Of a stretch of DNA of 64,000 nt, positions 1-12,680 are shown piece by piece. The notes under the pieces were generated by a model. The model saw only the letters and a list, made by a program, of their open reading frames with translations. It was not told the origin of the DNA and ran no database searches. The stretch comes from Antechinus flavipes (lineage: Eukaryota), in the NCBI RefSeq assembly GCF_016432865.1, contig NC_067400.1, positions 514,104,001 to 514,168,000 on the forward strand. The letters are read 5' to 3'. The translations under genes were made by a program, and so were the position numbers. Position 1 is the first letter of the stretch. Each line of letters starts with the position of its first letter.

Positions 1-220
1 CCCTAAAGATCCAGAAGGGCTCCTGAAGAAGCTTTTTTCTTTAATTTGAGTAATAGTAATAATAATGAGACCAAGATTGAGGTGAAGACAAAATCAGAGG
101 AAAAGGAGGAAAAGAATGACTCAACTTTACATAAAGTTCATGGAGTCATACTCTTTCCACTATGCCTCAGAGAAACATGTGCATCCATCCCCATCCCTCC
201 CTTCACTGGGAAGAGATAGG

Positions 221-420
221 AATATGCATTTATATAGCATTAAGTGCTTTTTACAATTATTATCTCATTTGATCCTTCCAATAACACTGCAAGTTATGTG
301 CTGTTATTATTCACATTTTATAGATGAAAACTGAAGCAAACAGAGATCAAGTGATTTCCCCAGAGTTTCACAGGTTGTATGTGTCTGAAGCTGGATTTGA
401 ACTGGTCTTCCCAACTCCAT
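221..420 (-). mobile_element. MIR (CORE-SINE) fragment
   Basis: Antisense MIR core: ...attcacatttttatagatgaaaactgaagcaaacagagatcaagtgatttccccagagtttcacag...ggatttgaactggtcttcc. Confidence 0.8.
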
Positions 421-2149
421 TCACCTTCACTACTCTCCCTCACACTTGCCTGAGTGTATTCAAAAAAGGTTTGTTCTAAATTCTGGTGCATTTACATCCT
501 CACGCATATGTACTTGCTCCATCACATCCTTTCTCCTTCTCCCAGTCACAAATGCACAATAGGTTCTTCTTTCAGAGATCTATCCTTGTTCGCCAGCCCC
601 TTCAGTGCTGACACATATCTGCTAACCCACTAGCAGCCCTGAGTGACTTCCTCTAGTGGGGGTTCTTTATTCTCAATCCCACCCTTCCTCCATGGAGAAA
701 GAATTCTAATGCTAAGGCTATTTGAATCTGCTGCAGCCCTGAAAGGTCCGCTGACCAGAAGGAACAAGGAAATGTCACCAGCTGATGGGAACAATTTTAA
801 TGCAAAATGCCACCTCCTAATGATTGTGCCTTTTGCTGGAGCCGCCAGCAAAAAGACACTTGCATCTCTCCCAGAGGGCAATCGCTGATCAAATAGCTTT
901 GTGAAGCTGCTTCTGGGAACAGTCCCAGGCTCTCAAGTTCTGATCTGGGGCTGGCTCCGATGGTTTATCAAAGTGCATTGGTTGGCAATGCCCACAGCAA
1001 GGCCTCCACCCAAGGTTTACAGTTCAGTGAGGCAAGAGAGCAGTACCAGGAAAAAAAACAGACTGGGGTACATGAGGGTCTCAGGATCTCCAGGAAACCC
1101 AAGCATCAGAGTGGTTCTGCGCCCTACCACCTCCACCAACATTCTCTCCATCCAAAATGGATCACCACTGGAAGAGACTTAGAAACCATCAAATCCCACA
1201 TAGGTAACAGAGGCTCAGAGAAGTTTATTTGCTCAATAACACACAGGTAATATGTGTCTAAGGCAGGATTTGAATTCAGATGCTCCTAAGAAAAGGCCTA
1301 AGACTCACCACAATAGCAGCAAGGCAAAATACCATAATTGCTATTAGTATATATTTCTGTTTAGAAGAGAATCTGAAGAGATCAAGTAGTCCATCTCCTA
1401 TGAATGTCTGTCTGTTGCCTTAAATAAAATGTCCCCAGCTATTAGGAATGAAAAACCTTGAGGGATAGATAATTTCTGGGTAACAAATAATTAATTTATT
1501 AATTAGGTTTAGGTAATAATAAATTCATGATCAGTGGTTTCTCTATAACCAAATACAATTCATGAGGAGCCTGAAAAATTTAAATAACTCCTGAAAAGGA
1601 ATTCTCTTGGCAAATGAAAATCAATCCTGTTTGGTGGACATTTAATGAGGAGGTAGGTGAAATGTTTGTAGCTCCTACTGAGAACACAAATAGATCATGA
1701 CCCTCAGGTGCCTCCAGTAATCTAGATGGAGAGCTATCTCCCCCTAGGCCACACTAGGTGGCTTTCTCCTTCATGAATTGGGTCACTTTAACCTCTAATG
1801 AAGGGATATAAGGAATAGGAGCTACTTTCCAAAAGTTAACAACTTGTCCAGACTGGGTTCCATTTATACTCTACAAATGTTGGGTCTCCTGGTTGCATGG
1901 GATCTCACCCAAAATTGAAGAGAATATTCCTTGAGGATTAAGATCAATCTCCTCAATCAGCCATTTCCTTCAGAAGTTGACTTTAACAGCCTTACTGAGG
2001 AAAATGAACAGAAAATCCTGAATTTCCAATTTAATAACTAGTTATTAATATAGTAGTAAAATAATAATTTATCTCACAAAAATAGAAAAGCCATAACCTC
2101 ACTCAAATTGCAAGCTTTAATACTACTCCTCCCATCTGAAACTGTCCCC

Positions 2150-2458
2150 TTATCCCCAACTCAGTCATTCTTTAAGACCCAGAATGTCTCCCATCCACCA
2201 TGAAGCCTTCCCTACCACCTCAAAGTACCATAGACCTTCTTTTTCTAGTCTGTCTTTGTTGCTCGTGACAGTTTATCCTATGCTGTTAATGATCTTTTCA
2301 TATGTGTACCTTTTTTAATGTGTTTATTCTCACCAACTAGATTGCAAGCCATTCAAGAGCATAGACTATGTAACATACTGTAGTAGTTTATCTCCTTTAT
2401 CACATCTATCAGTGTACTGCATATATAATAGATGCTTAATAAATGTATGTTGACTGAT
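2150..2458 (+). mobile_element. L2 LINE 3' end
   Basis: ctagattgcaagcc... and terminal gatgcttaataaatgtatgttgactga match the L2 3' terminus. Confidence 0.7.
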
Positions 2459-2949
2459 CTCACAGCACTTCCAGGTAGAAATTTACTCCTATTGTCCTAT
2501 CACCAGTCCCTACTACTTATAAGGGTAAATTCTTTTCCTCTTCTCCTATCTAGTAGGCAAATAATTTAATGGAAAGGTCATTGAAACTGGATTCAAATTT
2601 CCAGAGATCTGTGTTCAAATTCTAGCTCTTCTTAAAAACCATTCAACTTTGGGCTAAAATCTTCCTGAACCTCAGTTTCTTCATCAGTAAAATAATATGA
2701 ACTCTTACGTTCCCTTTCAATTCTAAATCTTTGGATCATGGGGCCATAAACTTAAAACTAAGGAGCCATTTAATTTCTGGGGGAAACTCAGAAGCCTTTT
2801 ACCGAACCCCTTCATTGCCCAGATGGGAAAGCCAAGCCCTGAGAAATTCCATGCCCAGGGTCCTATACACAGTAAAGAACTAAGATCCTCCGATTCCAAC
2901 CAAGAATGATCTTTTGGTGCAACAAAAGAAATGTTGAGTTTAGCCTTCT

Positions 2950-3480
2950 ATGCATGAAACACATGGGATGCAAATTAAAGACAAAACACTCCTTCCTCTC
3001 TAGGGGCTTGTGTTCTACTGGTTGAGGGGGACAGGGAGCAGGAGTCGGGGCATATGATGTGTATGCTGATAATCAGATACAAGATAGCATAAAGAGGAGG
3101 AGAATACTAGCAACTAAGGGCATCGGGAAGACTTCTTGTAAGAAGCTGAGCCTGGAAGGCAGGCATGGATTCCAAGAGGCAAAGAGGGAAGCAGCAGCTG
3201 CAAATAGGACACTTTGGCTGGAATAATATAAAGTCAGTCTGAAAAGGCAGGTTGGAGGCAAGCAGTCTTTCAATGTCAAGCTAAGGGTTTTATATTTAAT
3301 CCTAGCTGAAAAGGAAGCCCATGAAGGCTTTTGAGCAAGAGCGTGATCTAGTCAGACCCATGCTTTAGGAGATTACTTTGGCAGCTGTGCTGAAGATGCA
3401 TTGGGGAGGAAGGAGTCTGGAAGTAGTGAGACCCACTGGGAGGCCACCGCAGTAGTCCAGGGGAGAGACGAGGAGGCTGG
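2950..3480 (-). mobile_element. L2 LINE fragment
   Basis: Purine-rich antisense L2 motifs, e.g. gaaggcttttgagcaagagcgtgatctagtcagacccatgctttaggagattactttggcagctg. Confidence 0.75.
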
Positions 3481-5889
3481 TGGTTCTAGGAGTCGTTTTG
3501 CTTTTGCTCTAGTGCCTCAGTCTCCTCCGTTGGTCAAATGGAGTTGATAAGTCCTGCCCTTCTTAACCCACAGAGAAAGTAAAGTATTTAGTAACCACAA
3601 AAGGCTATATAACTGCAAGCTATTATTATCTGTGGGAGAAATAAAGATTACTCCGCAGGCTGGACACAAACAAGCTAAGGGCACACTGGGAAGCAGTAGG
3701 AATTGTGGCTGTCCTCTGTGCCTTCGTTAACAACCTCCTAATGCCCACAACCCACAAGTGCCCTTCCCAGGAGCAGGCAGGGTGAGGGCAGGCCCAGAGC
3801 ACCCTGGGTAATGCCATGCATAATTGCTAATAAGCAGGCACAACCAAGTTTTAACAACAATTAAAGTTACCCACTGAGAACTTGTCCATTTCTAGGTCTA
3901 ATGGTTTTTCAGCACATTAAACATGAAAGGGGTAATCAACTTACACGCGCTGATACCCGGGCTACCAACCTGATCTCTGCCTGCTGATGGGCAGGAGCCG
4001 GGGATAGGCAGGTCCTTGAAAGGTTCCCAGAGGTCTGGGACGGACCTTATTCCCCAGAGTTTCCCCTTTCTTAGCTCTGATGGGGCATCTATGTAAGATT
4101 CAAGGTGAGGTGAAAGGACAGGGAGGGGCTAGGCAGGGGAGCCAAGCTGAGAGCATTGCCACCTCATCAATCCCCCTGCCCCCAGGCAGGAAAGTCCCTC
4201 CCAGAACTAGAGTTAACCTCGTTAACTTGTGTGATAGAGACTTGGAATCAGATTATCTTAGAGGAACACTGTCAATATGGAGATGTGAATAGAGCCCAGG
4301 CTGCAGTGGAATTCCCTGGAAAAGAGAGGCTGGGCTACTGCTGGTCTTTTATGTTGTTCTGCATTTTCTGTGGCATAAGATAAAAGCTTGCCTATAATGA
4401 TATTCATCACTACATTGAGGGTTTGTATAGAAAATAGAGCCCTTTTATTCAGCTCTCCAAAGAGCTAGACACAAGCTATAGGCTAAGGTTTCCAGGGGAA
4501 ATTCTAAATCAGAGCAAAATGAGCCAAAGAGATGAGATTTTGAGACATTCCCCAAGAATGGTGATCAATCCAGAGTTGGGATTCTGGGCCATGGGTTACA
4601 GATAGAAATGTGAGTTATTATTATCCATAAAACTCTTAATAGACTAAGTACCACACAATCAGTACCATCAGAAAGTTCTTGCTCATGTCTCACTGCAATT
4701 CTTGCTGCTATTCAGCTAATGGCTGCTGCTTGATTTTTAGGGGAGGTGAACGACCGGCTGCATCCTTAAATAACTGTTCACAAGACTGCCGCCTGAAAGT
4801 GTCACCCCCTTATTTGTCTCTTCCTAAGGCTTAATGAACTCTGTTCCTCTGAGCCTGAATGGTTGTCTCAACTCTGTAGGAATTAAATTCCTAAATCTTG
4901 CCCTGAGTAGATCACTGAATACTAGTTAATTGGAATCTATCCATTTCAAACCTTGTTTCCCTGATTTTTCAAGGCCATCCCTGAGAATCAGACAGGAATC
5001 AGATAGGTCAGATGACCACCCCTGGTCCCTGTCCCTCTATCTCTCAATTTAAGAATAAGGAACCTGTCATTCTATATACTTCTATTCCCAGTGCTTATGA
5101 CATTATTAGATTCTTAATGAATGATTGTTGATAGGTTAATTGATTGATTCTCCTCCCTTTCTGAAGGTAGACTCTTCTAGGCTCAGATACCCCCATTCTC
5201 CAGTAGAAGTGTCTGACCCTCAAAAAAAAAAAGAGCCTGGGAAACCCCATGGCTTAACAGCTAAAGCAGGAAGAGGGTGGGGGAGGAGTGGAGGGAGGAG
5301 GGAGGAAGCAGTGCTTTTGCTTCTGGTCTTGATTTTTTTTTTAAAGGGGAGGGGAAAAAAAAAGAAGGGGAAAAAAGTGAACATGAGTAATGGGCCTGGA
5401 ATGAGGCGTTGGAGATAACGCTGAATAATAACACGTCAAAAACTACAAGATGTATTTTTTTTCTTTCCCAGTAGAGTTTCCATTGCACTAATCCATCACT
5501 GTAGAGCAGGCAAGATTATGCTTTCCCAAAAAACTCCGGGAGATAAATGTGAGTAAATTAGGGTTTATTATATTATTGGGGGTGATATAATTTCCAAGCA
5601 GGGGCCCTTATTAAATTACTTCCGCCAGCACTGACACCTCTGAGGCTTGAGGCAGCTCCACCATCCTTCCCTCCCTCTCTTACTGCTTTGTATGTTAATG
5701 ACCGTCATCATTGAGTGGGGTGGGGGTCAGGAGCTGGAGTTGTACACTGAGTCATTCCTACCCAGGCTCCCAGGTTCTCTCAGGCCATCCCTTTCTCTTG
5801 GTAGAATCACCATCTCAGGGCAAGAACGTGCCCTAGAAATACAACCTAGCAAACTAGACACATCTTGTTCCACCATAATTCACCTAGGC

Positions 5890-6014
5890 CAGGGGTTCTA
5901 AAAGTGTTTCGGTGCCATGGATTCCTTTGGGGACCAAAAAACAATTACATTGAAATATAGTTATCAAAATGTTTTTTAATTATAAGGTTATGGACTCCAA
6001 GTTAACAATACCTG
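5890..6014. mobile_element. hAT-Charlie-like MITE remnant
   Basis: Degenerate terminal inverted repeats caggggttcta...gttaacaatacctg flanked by ctag-centred 8-mers (acctaggc / ctctagcc), typical of Charlie targets. Confidence 0.6.
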
Positions 6015-6267
6015 CTCTAGCCTTAGCGATGAAGTCACCTCATCTAGTCCAGAGGATATTTAGGATCAAGATTTGGTCCTAGAAGGAGCCTTATAGAAAC
6101 CATCTAGCTCAACACCCTAATTTTATGTATTTTCATAAATGTGTATAGCTATACATAGCTATATATGCATACATAGCTATGTGAATGTACATAAAGATGT
6201 ACTCGCATAAACTGTCATGTGCCATGTCATTTATGCACATATATGATATATACATATATATGTAGTC

Positions 6268-6499
6268 CAGAAAAAGATATGCTGGCAAATGTTGAACAAA
6301 CAACTCTTTGAAAGAAAAAAAGTAAAATATATTTTAAAGTTTAATCTTTATCATTAACATTTTCCCCCATCATTTTCTTAAATTTATATGATTAACAAAA
6401 CAATCAATCAATTTCTAATTTTTCAAGACGTAAATGCTCTCACTGAAATTTTAATAATCATATTTTAAGACAGCCTGAACTGGTTCTAACACACTCCTG
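6268..6499. mobile_element. hAT (Blackjack/MER63-like) MITE remnant
   Basis: Ends ...tatgctggcaaatgttgaacaa... and ...ctggttctaacacactcctg resemble Blackjack-type termini; AT-rich interior. Confidence 0.5.
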
Positions 6500-6939
6500 A
6501 ATCCAGACTTCTTTCAAATAAGGATTTCTTAACGACGTGCATGAGTCAGCTCACAAAATGAATATTCCACCTCTTTTTTTTTCTTAACCAGACCATAGCC
6601 AAGGATACATTAACTCAAAGCATATAACTCATAAAAATAACTAAGTAAATAATAAGGAAAATCTACATATACACATGGGCTATATTCTCCAACAGATGCC
6701 TATGTTCTCAGTAAGAAAGGGTACATAGACAATTGTGACAATTCAGGTTTCTAGGGCTGCTATCCCCGCCAGGACCCTCTCTCTGCCTCCAAAGCTTTGT
6801 GTACTTCCCCAAGAGAGACTCCTTTCATTTGCTGGTTTGTGGAGGTCATCTGTTGGGCTTGTGTCTTCATTGCTCTGTCCTCTGCTGTTGGTCCACTGGA
6901 TTGTAGCTGGTATGAGCTTCCCTCTCCGACAAAGAATAC

Positions 6940-7190
6940 AGCTAGATGACACAATGGATCCATGGATAGAAGAATGGCCTTGGAATCAAGATCAGACACT
7001 GGGCAACTCATGTACATTTTGTCAGCCTTGGTTTCCTCATCTGTAAAATGGGAAGAAGGAGAAGGAGGAAGAGAAGAAGAAGAGCAAAAAGAAAAAGAAA
7101 AGGAGTTTGTGAGAATCAAATGAGGTAATATGTAAAGTGCTTTACAAACATTAAAGTACTGTATAAATGCAAACATTTATCATTATTTAA
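6940..7190 (+). mobile_element. MIR SINE interrupted by a (GAA/GGA)n tract
   Basis: tRNA-like head, core ggtttcctcatctgtaaaatggg and tail gagaatcaaatgaggtaatatgtaaagtgcttt. Confidence 0.75.
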
Positions 7191-7485
7191 TTATTAGCAT
7201 TTTAGTATTAACATAGTCCATAGGCTCACAGCTATTTAAGTTCTTACAGTGATTCAGACCCACCTCCCAGCTGGACCCACAGCACAACAAGGGTCTCTAA
7301 AGTCAAATCAGACTTTTGACATTCTTTGTTTCCACTCAGCAACAACTTCTCCAAGCCTGTGTGATACTGGGATTGCTATGAATCATTCTCTTCAACCCCC
7401 ATCATGCTCCTAGAAGCAATTATCAGGCCTACAGGGGAAAAGGTCTACAATTTCCCTGAAATCTCTATTCTTCCCATATATGTGT

Positions 7486-7516
7486 ACAAACACACACACA
7501 CACACACACACACACA
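7486..7516. repeat. (CA)n microsatellite
   Basis: Direct reading; abuts the tail of a MAR1 SINE. Confidence 0.95.
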
Positions 7517-7518
7517 TA

Positions 7519-7765
7519 TTATTGTTGTTCAGTCATTTTCAATTGTGTCTGTTTCTTTGTGACCCCTTTTGGATTTTCTTGGCAAAGATATGCATGATTT
7601 GCCATTTCCTTCTTCAGCTCAATTTAAAGATGAGGAAACTGAGGCAAACAGAGTTAAGTGGCTTGCCCACAGTCACACAGCTCCTAAATGTCTGAGACCA
7701 GATTTGAACTCGAGTTTTCCTGACTCCAGATCCAGCACTCTATCCACTGCACCACCTATTTGCCC
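7519..7765 (-). mobile_element. MAR1-type marsupial CORE-SINE
   Basis: ttgttgttcagtcatttt...ttttcttggcaaagata...gatgaggaaactgaggcaaacagagttaagtggcttgccc...gcactctatccactgcaccacct. Confidence 0.85.
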
Positions 7766-8074
7766 TTCACATATTACACACACACACATATATATGGGTA
7801 CACATATACCCATATATATATTGTATAGATACACGTGTGTATACACACAGATATAAATATGTGAGTGTATATGAACATATACATTATAAACCATGTGTGT
7901 TATTTTATTTATATGTCATATAAATATATATGAAGAGCAATGAAATGACTTTCCTGAGATTACACAAAAAACAGCACAGCCCAAATTCAAATCAATATCC
8001 TCCAAGTCCAGATGAGGACTGATTTACCCTCTGCACTAATAATCCACCTTGACCTCAGAGATAATCTACTCCCA

Positions 8075-8383
8075 TGGATTCCAGCCTCCTTGAATATTAA
8101 GGCCCCTTTTTAATCTCAAAAGAATTCATGAAACCCATTATTACAATAGTCATATTATTCGTATCTGTTGATTGAGAAAATACATAATGACAAAAAGCTA
8201 CTATGAATTCAGTAACACTTTAAAATTAATTGTATTTTGTTAATCATAATAGCATCTACATACATTTGAAAAATAGCAATACATCTGTAATGTATTATTT
8301 ATTCAGCTGGCAGAAGGCATGTTTGTTTATTTATGAATATGGATTCCCAAAGGTATCCTTGTCCCACAGGTTGGGAACCACTA
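8075..8383. mobile_element. hAT-Charlie fragment
   Basis: Ends in aggttgggaaccact (Charlie/MER5-type terminus); AT-rich interior. Confidence 0.5.
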
Positions 8384-9434
8384 ATTAAGATCTATCCAGA
8401 GAGCAACTAGAGAACATCTGTTCCAATCAAGTCTGAACCCCAGAATAGTAAAGAGACTTACCCAACATCACTTAGCAAGTTAGTAGCAAAACCCGGATGA
8501 GCCATCACTCAGGTAGTTCTCTGCATTTTGCATGCCCCAAGGGACATCCAGGTCAATCACCCCTGGAAGGACCCTTTGCAGGTTCAGGGGCACTATAAAA
8601 TTAGAGGCGTAAGGAGGGGGAAATCCTAATCCTGGCCCACCCCAAATATCTATGGGATTGATCTCTTTGACCTCACCTAGAGCCTGCACTCAACACTAAG
8701 GAGAGCAACCAGCCATGGACTCTAGGGAATAAAATACGGATGGGGCCAGAACTGAGGTCTCCTCAAAGAGCAGAAGAGTTTCCCCAAAAGCACTTAACCC
8801 CTTACTGGTTCATGGATCCCAGATCTGCAAAAAGATCAAGGAATATAGGAAGCAAGAGCTGCCAGAATAGATCTCTGCTTTCCTGAGCCTCAGATTTCAT
8901 TCATGCAAAGGTGGGTTTACAGCCCTTCTGCTCTTAATAAGTACTTGTTCATTATGATATGTAGACATTTTTGTCTTTCTGTTTCATAATGTTTCTTTAC
9001 TGCATATCTCCCTGTATTTCTCTGTCCTAATGTCTGTTGTCTTCTAGTTAGAATTCACAGGCAATAGTGTATGCTGGAAAATTCGTGAAAGCACCACCAT
9101 AAGTGTTAGCCCTGGGCTGTTGTTGGGCTTCACTGCCCCAGCTATACTTTCTAGATATTCCAGGATAAGCAGCTACCTGGGCTCCCCTACTGTGGCACTC
9201 CACACAACTTGATCTTTCTGGCCCAATGCTCTAGACTTTTTCACTCACTTCTCCCCATACAAATTTATCTATTCTGGGGCTTCTCCTTCTTAACTTCCTC
9301 CTACCTAATTTTAATAGGAACATTCTAAAGATAATGCCTTAATCTACCCATAGGCTTCAAGTGGATGCAAATGGTCTAATTGTAGTCTGGCTAGAAGATA
9401 CTTTGAGATGTGCTCTTTCAGGATCTTTCAAATT

Positions 9435-10032
9435 GTTCCATAAATCAATCAATGAACAAGCATTTACACCATTTTATAAGGGAGATGATGTACCCATACA
9501 TCGATTTTAGACAAAATACAAGATGAAATTTAACTTGAGAGGGACAGGTGTAAACAGGGATTCTGAGAAGCAGAGAAGTGGAAACAGCATTTGAGGCAAG
9601 AATCGCTGTTGAAAAGGTGTGGAAAATGAAATGTCGTGTTGTTTTCAGTCATGTTTTCAGTCTAGACCCCATTTGGGGTTTTCTTGGCAAAGATACTAGA
9701 GTGGTTTGATATTTCCTTCAACCCATTTGACAGATGAGGAAACTGAGGTAAACAGGGTTAAATGACTTGTCTTGGGTCACTCAGCTAGTAAGTGTCCTAT
9801 CAGGAAGATGAGTCTTCCTGACTTTTGGACTATAGAACTCATGGAAATGAATTCAATGTAAAAAGACAGAAAGGTATAATGGAACCAAATTCTAAAAAGT
9901 TTTAAGTGCCAAACAAAATTTATATTTGTTCATAAAGGTAATAGAGAGTCATCAGAGTTTATTGAGTAGGAGAGTAACATGGTCAGACTTAGTTTTCAAG
10001 AAAAATCATTTTGGTTTTGTAAGGAAGAGGAA
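9435..10032 (-). mobile_element. L2 fragment with nested MAR1 SINE (about 9637-9830)
   Basis: Antisense L2 tail (caatcaatgaacaagcattta) and gagtttattgagtaggagagtaacatggtcagactt, interrupted by a MAR1 antisense copy. Confidence 0.7.
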
Positions 10033-10192
10033 NNNNNNNNNNNNNNNNNNNNNNNNNNNNNNNNNNNNNNNNNNNNNNNNNNNNNNNNNNNNNNNNNNNN
10101 NNNNNNNNNNNNNNNNNNNNNNNNNNNNNNNNNNNNNNNNNNNNNNNNNNNNNNNNNNNNNNNNNNNNNNNNNNNNNNNNNNNNNNNNNNNN
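10033..10192. other. assembly gap (N run)
   Basis: Run of n. Confidence 1.
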
Positions 10193-10224
10193 TGGAAGCT
10201 AATGACATCATCAAGGTGAAGGGA

Positions 10225-10465
10225 AGAAGCATTTATATGGTGCCTACTATGTGTCAGGTACTGTGCTAAGCACTTTACAAATATTATCTCACTTGATCCT
10301 GACAAAAGCTCTGTGAAGTAAGTACTATTATCCCCACTTAACAGATGAAATAATGAAGCAGGTAGAGTAACTTGCCTAGGATCACATGGCCAGTAAATGT
10401 CTAAGACTAGATTTGAGCCCAGAGGCTTCCTGACTTCAGACTCAGTATCTATCCACTCCAACATT
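10225..10465 (-). mobile_element. MIR SINE, near full length
   Basis: atttatatggtgcctactatgtgtcaggtactgtgctaagcactttacaaatattatctc...tatctatccact. Confidence 0.85.
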
Positions 10466-10469
10466 TAGT

Positions 10470-11580
10470 GCTTCTTGCCACCAAGAAAGATACTGCAGAA
10501 TAAGAGAGAAGAAGACAAAGTCATTGGAAGAAGTGATATAAATGATGATCCATCCAAAGAAACTAAAGATCAGGCAGACATGAGAGGAACAAGAGAAAGT
10601 AATATCATGACAACCCAGAGAGGAAAGTATATACAGGAAGGAAGAGTGAACAGTAGTGTCAAAAGCTTCAAGGAGGGCAAGAGGAGTAAGAATTGAGAAA
10701 AGGCAATGAAAAAGAGAGAGGGACAGAGAGACAGAGAGAAACAGAGACTGACAGAGACAGAGACAGAAAAAGAGATAAGACACAGAGACAAAGAGAGAGA
10801 CAGACAGAGAGACACAGAGACACAGAGAGACAGAAAGAGACAGAGAGACAGAGAAAGATACAAAGAGAGACAGAGAAAGATTTGGGGGCAATCTGTTGGA
10901 GAAGACAGAAGGACATGGGATGAGAGACACTGGTAAATAGGATGTCTTTGTAAGAAGGGCTTCTACCTGAGACTGAAGGGGAGAAAGAGATAGTAGAAAA
11001 AGGTAAATGAGTAACGTGGGAGCAGGAGGAGGAAGGAAGAAGAGAAAGTACATGATGAATGTCGTCTATTTTTTCAGTAAAGTATGAGGCAAGATTCTCA
11101 ACTAAGGGGGAAGAAAGCTTGAAAATACCCAAGAAGCTTTGTAGTATCTAGTGTGGTTGGTGTGTTAATGAATTGATTAGGGACACAAAGAATAACAGCT
11201 TTGCAGTAGTGAAGGCCCCACTGAAATTAAATAGCATAAACATGTAGAGGAGCCAGTCAACAGGTTCTAGGGATTTGTTCCAGCTCCATTGAATAGAAGT
11301 TGAATAGGAGAAATAATTGAAGTCAGGCAATGCCTGATCAGAAGTAGGACAAAGTAGCAAAAGGTTCAGAGCAGAGTAGACAGTATAGATGAACTAGTTC
11401 ACCGAGAGAAGAAACTGCGGCCAGTAGAGGAGGGATGGCTTTGAAAAGAATTAAGGGGTTGAAAGTTACAATAAATATGAAGAATGAACTTAAAGGTCAT
11501 GAGACATAGGGAAAGATGGAATGTTAAAAGATTACAATCAAATTAAAGAACTTCAGAACTCAGAAAATTGGCAAAGATGT
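10470..11580 (-). mobile_element. L2 LINE fragment (resumes at about 12685-12900 after the L1 insertion)
   Basis: Antisense L2 body motifs (gtgtcaaaagcttcaaggagggcaagaggagtaagaattgagaaaaggc; gatcactggaaactttggagagagcaattt). Confidence 0.65.
10709..10880. repeat. (GA)n/(GACA)n compound microsatellite
   Basis: Direct reading; source of several low-complexity ORFs. Confidence 0.95.
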
Positions 11581-11639
11581 CAAAAGATGGGAACGGTAAA
11601 GTTTGAAAGTATTGTGCAAAAACTGGCATACTTGTGTAC

Positions 11640-12680
11640 TATTAAGTGGATCTGTGAATTAGTCTAATCCCTTTGGAATATAATTTAGAATTATATGAAG
11701 AAAGTAACTAAACTGACAATTTTGACCCAGAGATTCCATTGATAGCCATATACCCCAAGGATGTCAGTGAAAAAAGAAAGACATCATATATACCAAAATA
11801 TTTGTCAAAATATTTTTCAAAATGTTTATGAAATTTTTATTTTGTAATAAAGAACTTAAATGAAGGATCTTCCCATGAATGTGAACTATTTGATTTTTGA
11901 TTTTCTTCCCGAGTCATTTTTACCTTCTGAATCCAATTCTCCCTGTGCAGCGGGAGAACTGTTCGGTTCTGCAAATATGTATTGTATCTAGGATATACTG
12001 CAACATATTTAACATATATAGGACTGCTTGCCATCTTGGGGGGGGGAGGAGGGAGGGAGGGGAAAAAACGAAACATAAGTGATTGCAAGGGATAATGTTG
12101 TGTAAAAATTATCCTGGCATGGATTCTGTCAATACAAAGTTATTATTAAATAAAATTAAATTTAAAAAAAAAATGAAGGATCTTCCCACTGATAGGAGAA
12201 TGATTGAAGAAGTTATGGTAGATGAATGTAAAGGATATTACTGAACTGTAAGAAAGTATGAATGTGATAAATACAGAGATACATAAGAAAATTCATATTA
12301 ACTGATGCAAAAATGAAGTAAACAGAACTAGGAAAACAGTAACAATCACTTTGTAAATGGAAAGCACAGCACAGAGAGAGACATAAAAGTAAATTTAACA
12401 AAATTATAAAGATCTAGTGGGACTCAAAGGACAATATATGAAGAAGCACTTCCTCACCCACAAACACGTATTTCACTGCAGAGTTGAGGGATTATGGGCA
12501 TGTCGAAACTGTATATAATGTCAGACTTTTTCTATATGTTCATTAGTTTTTCTTCACTTTTTTTCCCTTTTTTTGTTTTTGTCTTATAAGGGATGTTTTT
12601 CCAAGGGAGGATAAGGAAAATGTTAGGGAATGTAGGCAATGTAAAAATAAAAGATTGTCAACAATGCACATTTTTAAAAA
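11640..12680 (+). mobile_element. old L1 3' portion (end of ORF2 plus 3' UTR), split by a younger L1
   Basis: tttgacccagagattccattgatagccatataccccaagg... and gatgcaaaaatgaagtaaacagaactaggaaaaca match the L1 ORF2 3' end. Confidence 0.75.
11876..12170 (+). mobile_element. young 5'-truncated L1 3' UTR with perfect 18-bp TSD
   Basis: aaatgaaggatcttccca at 11858-11875 and 12171-12188; G-rich tract, aataaa-like signal and A tail. Confidence 0.9.

Noticed and set aside
820-1060. Fragmentary resemblance of translations to filovirus nucleoprotein (PFA...L..G...S...L...T..GS in frame 1; AH...EQYQ in frame 3); NP-like endogenous elements are known in marsupials
   Set aside because: The matches lie in different frames at non-colinear spacing, flanking residues do not align, and identity is at a level obtainable by chance when searching by eye. 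A tBLASTn with NP would settle it.
8480-8610. Possible minus-strand terminal exon (PLNLQRVLPGVIDLDVPWGMQNAENYLSDGSSGFCY*) phase-compatible with the 31 kb candidate
   Set aside because: Weak AT-rich acceptor, unrecognisable peptide, and phase match expected one time in three.
10442-11132. ORFs of 203, 154 and 97 aa
   Set aside because: Read-through of a (GA/GACA)n microsatellite and L2 sequence.
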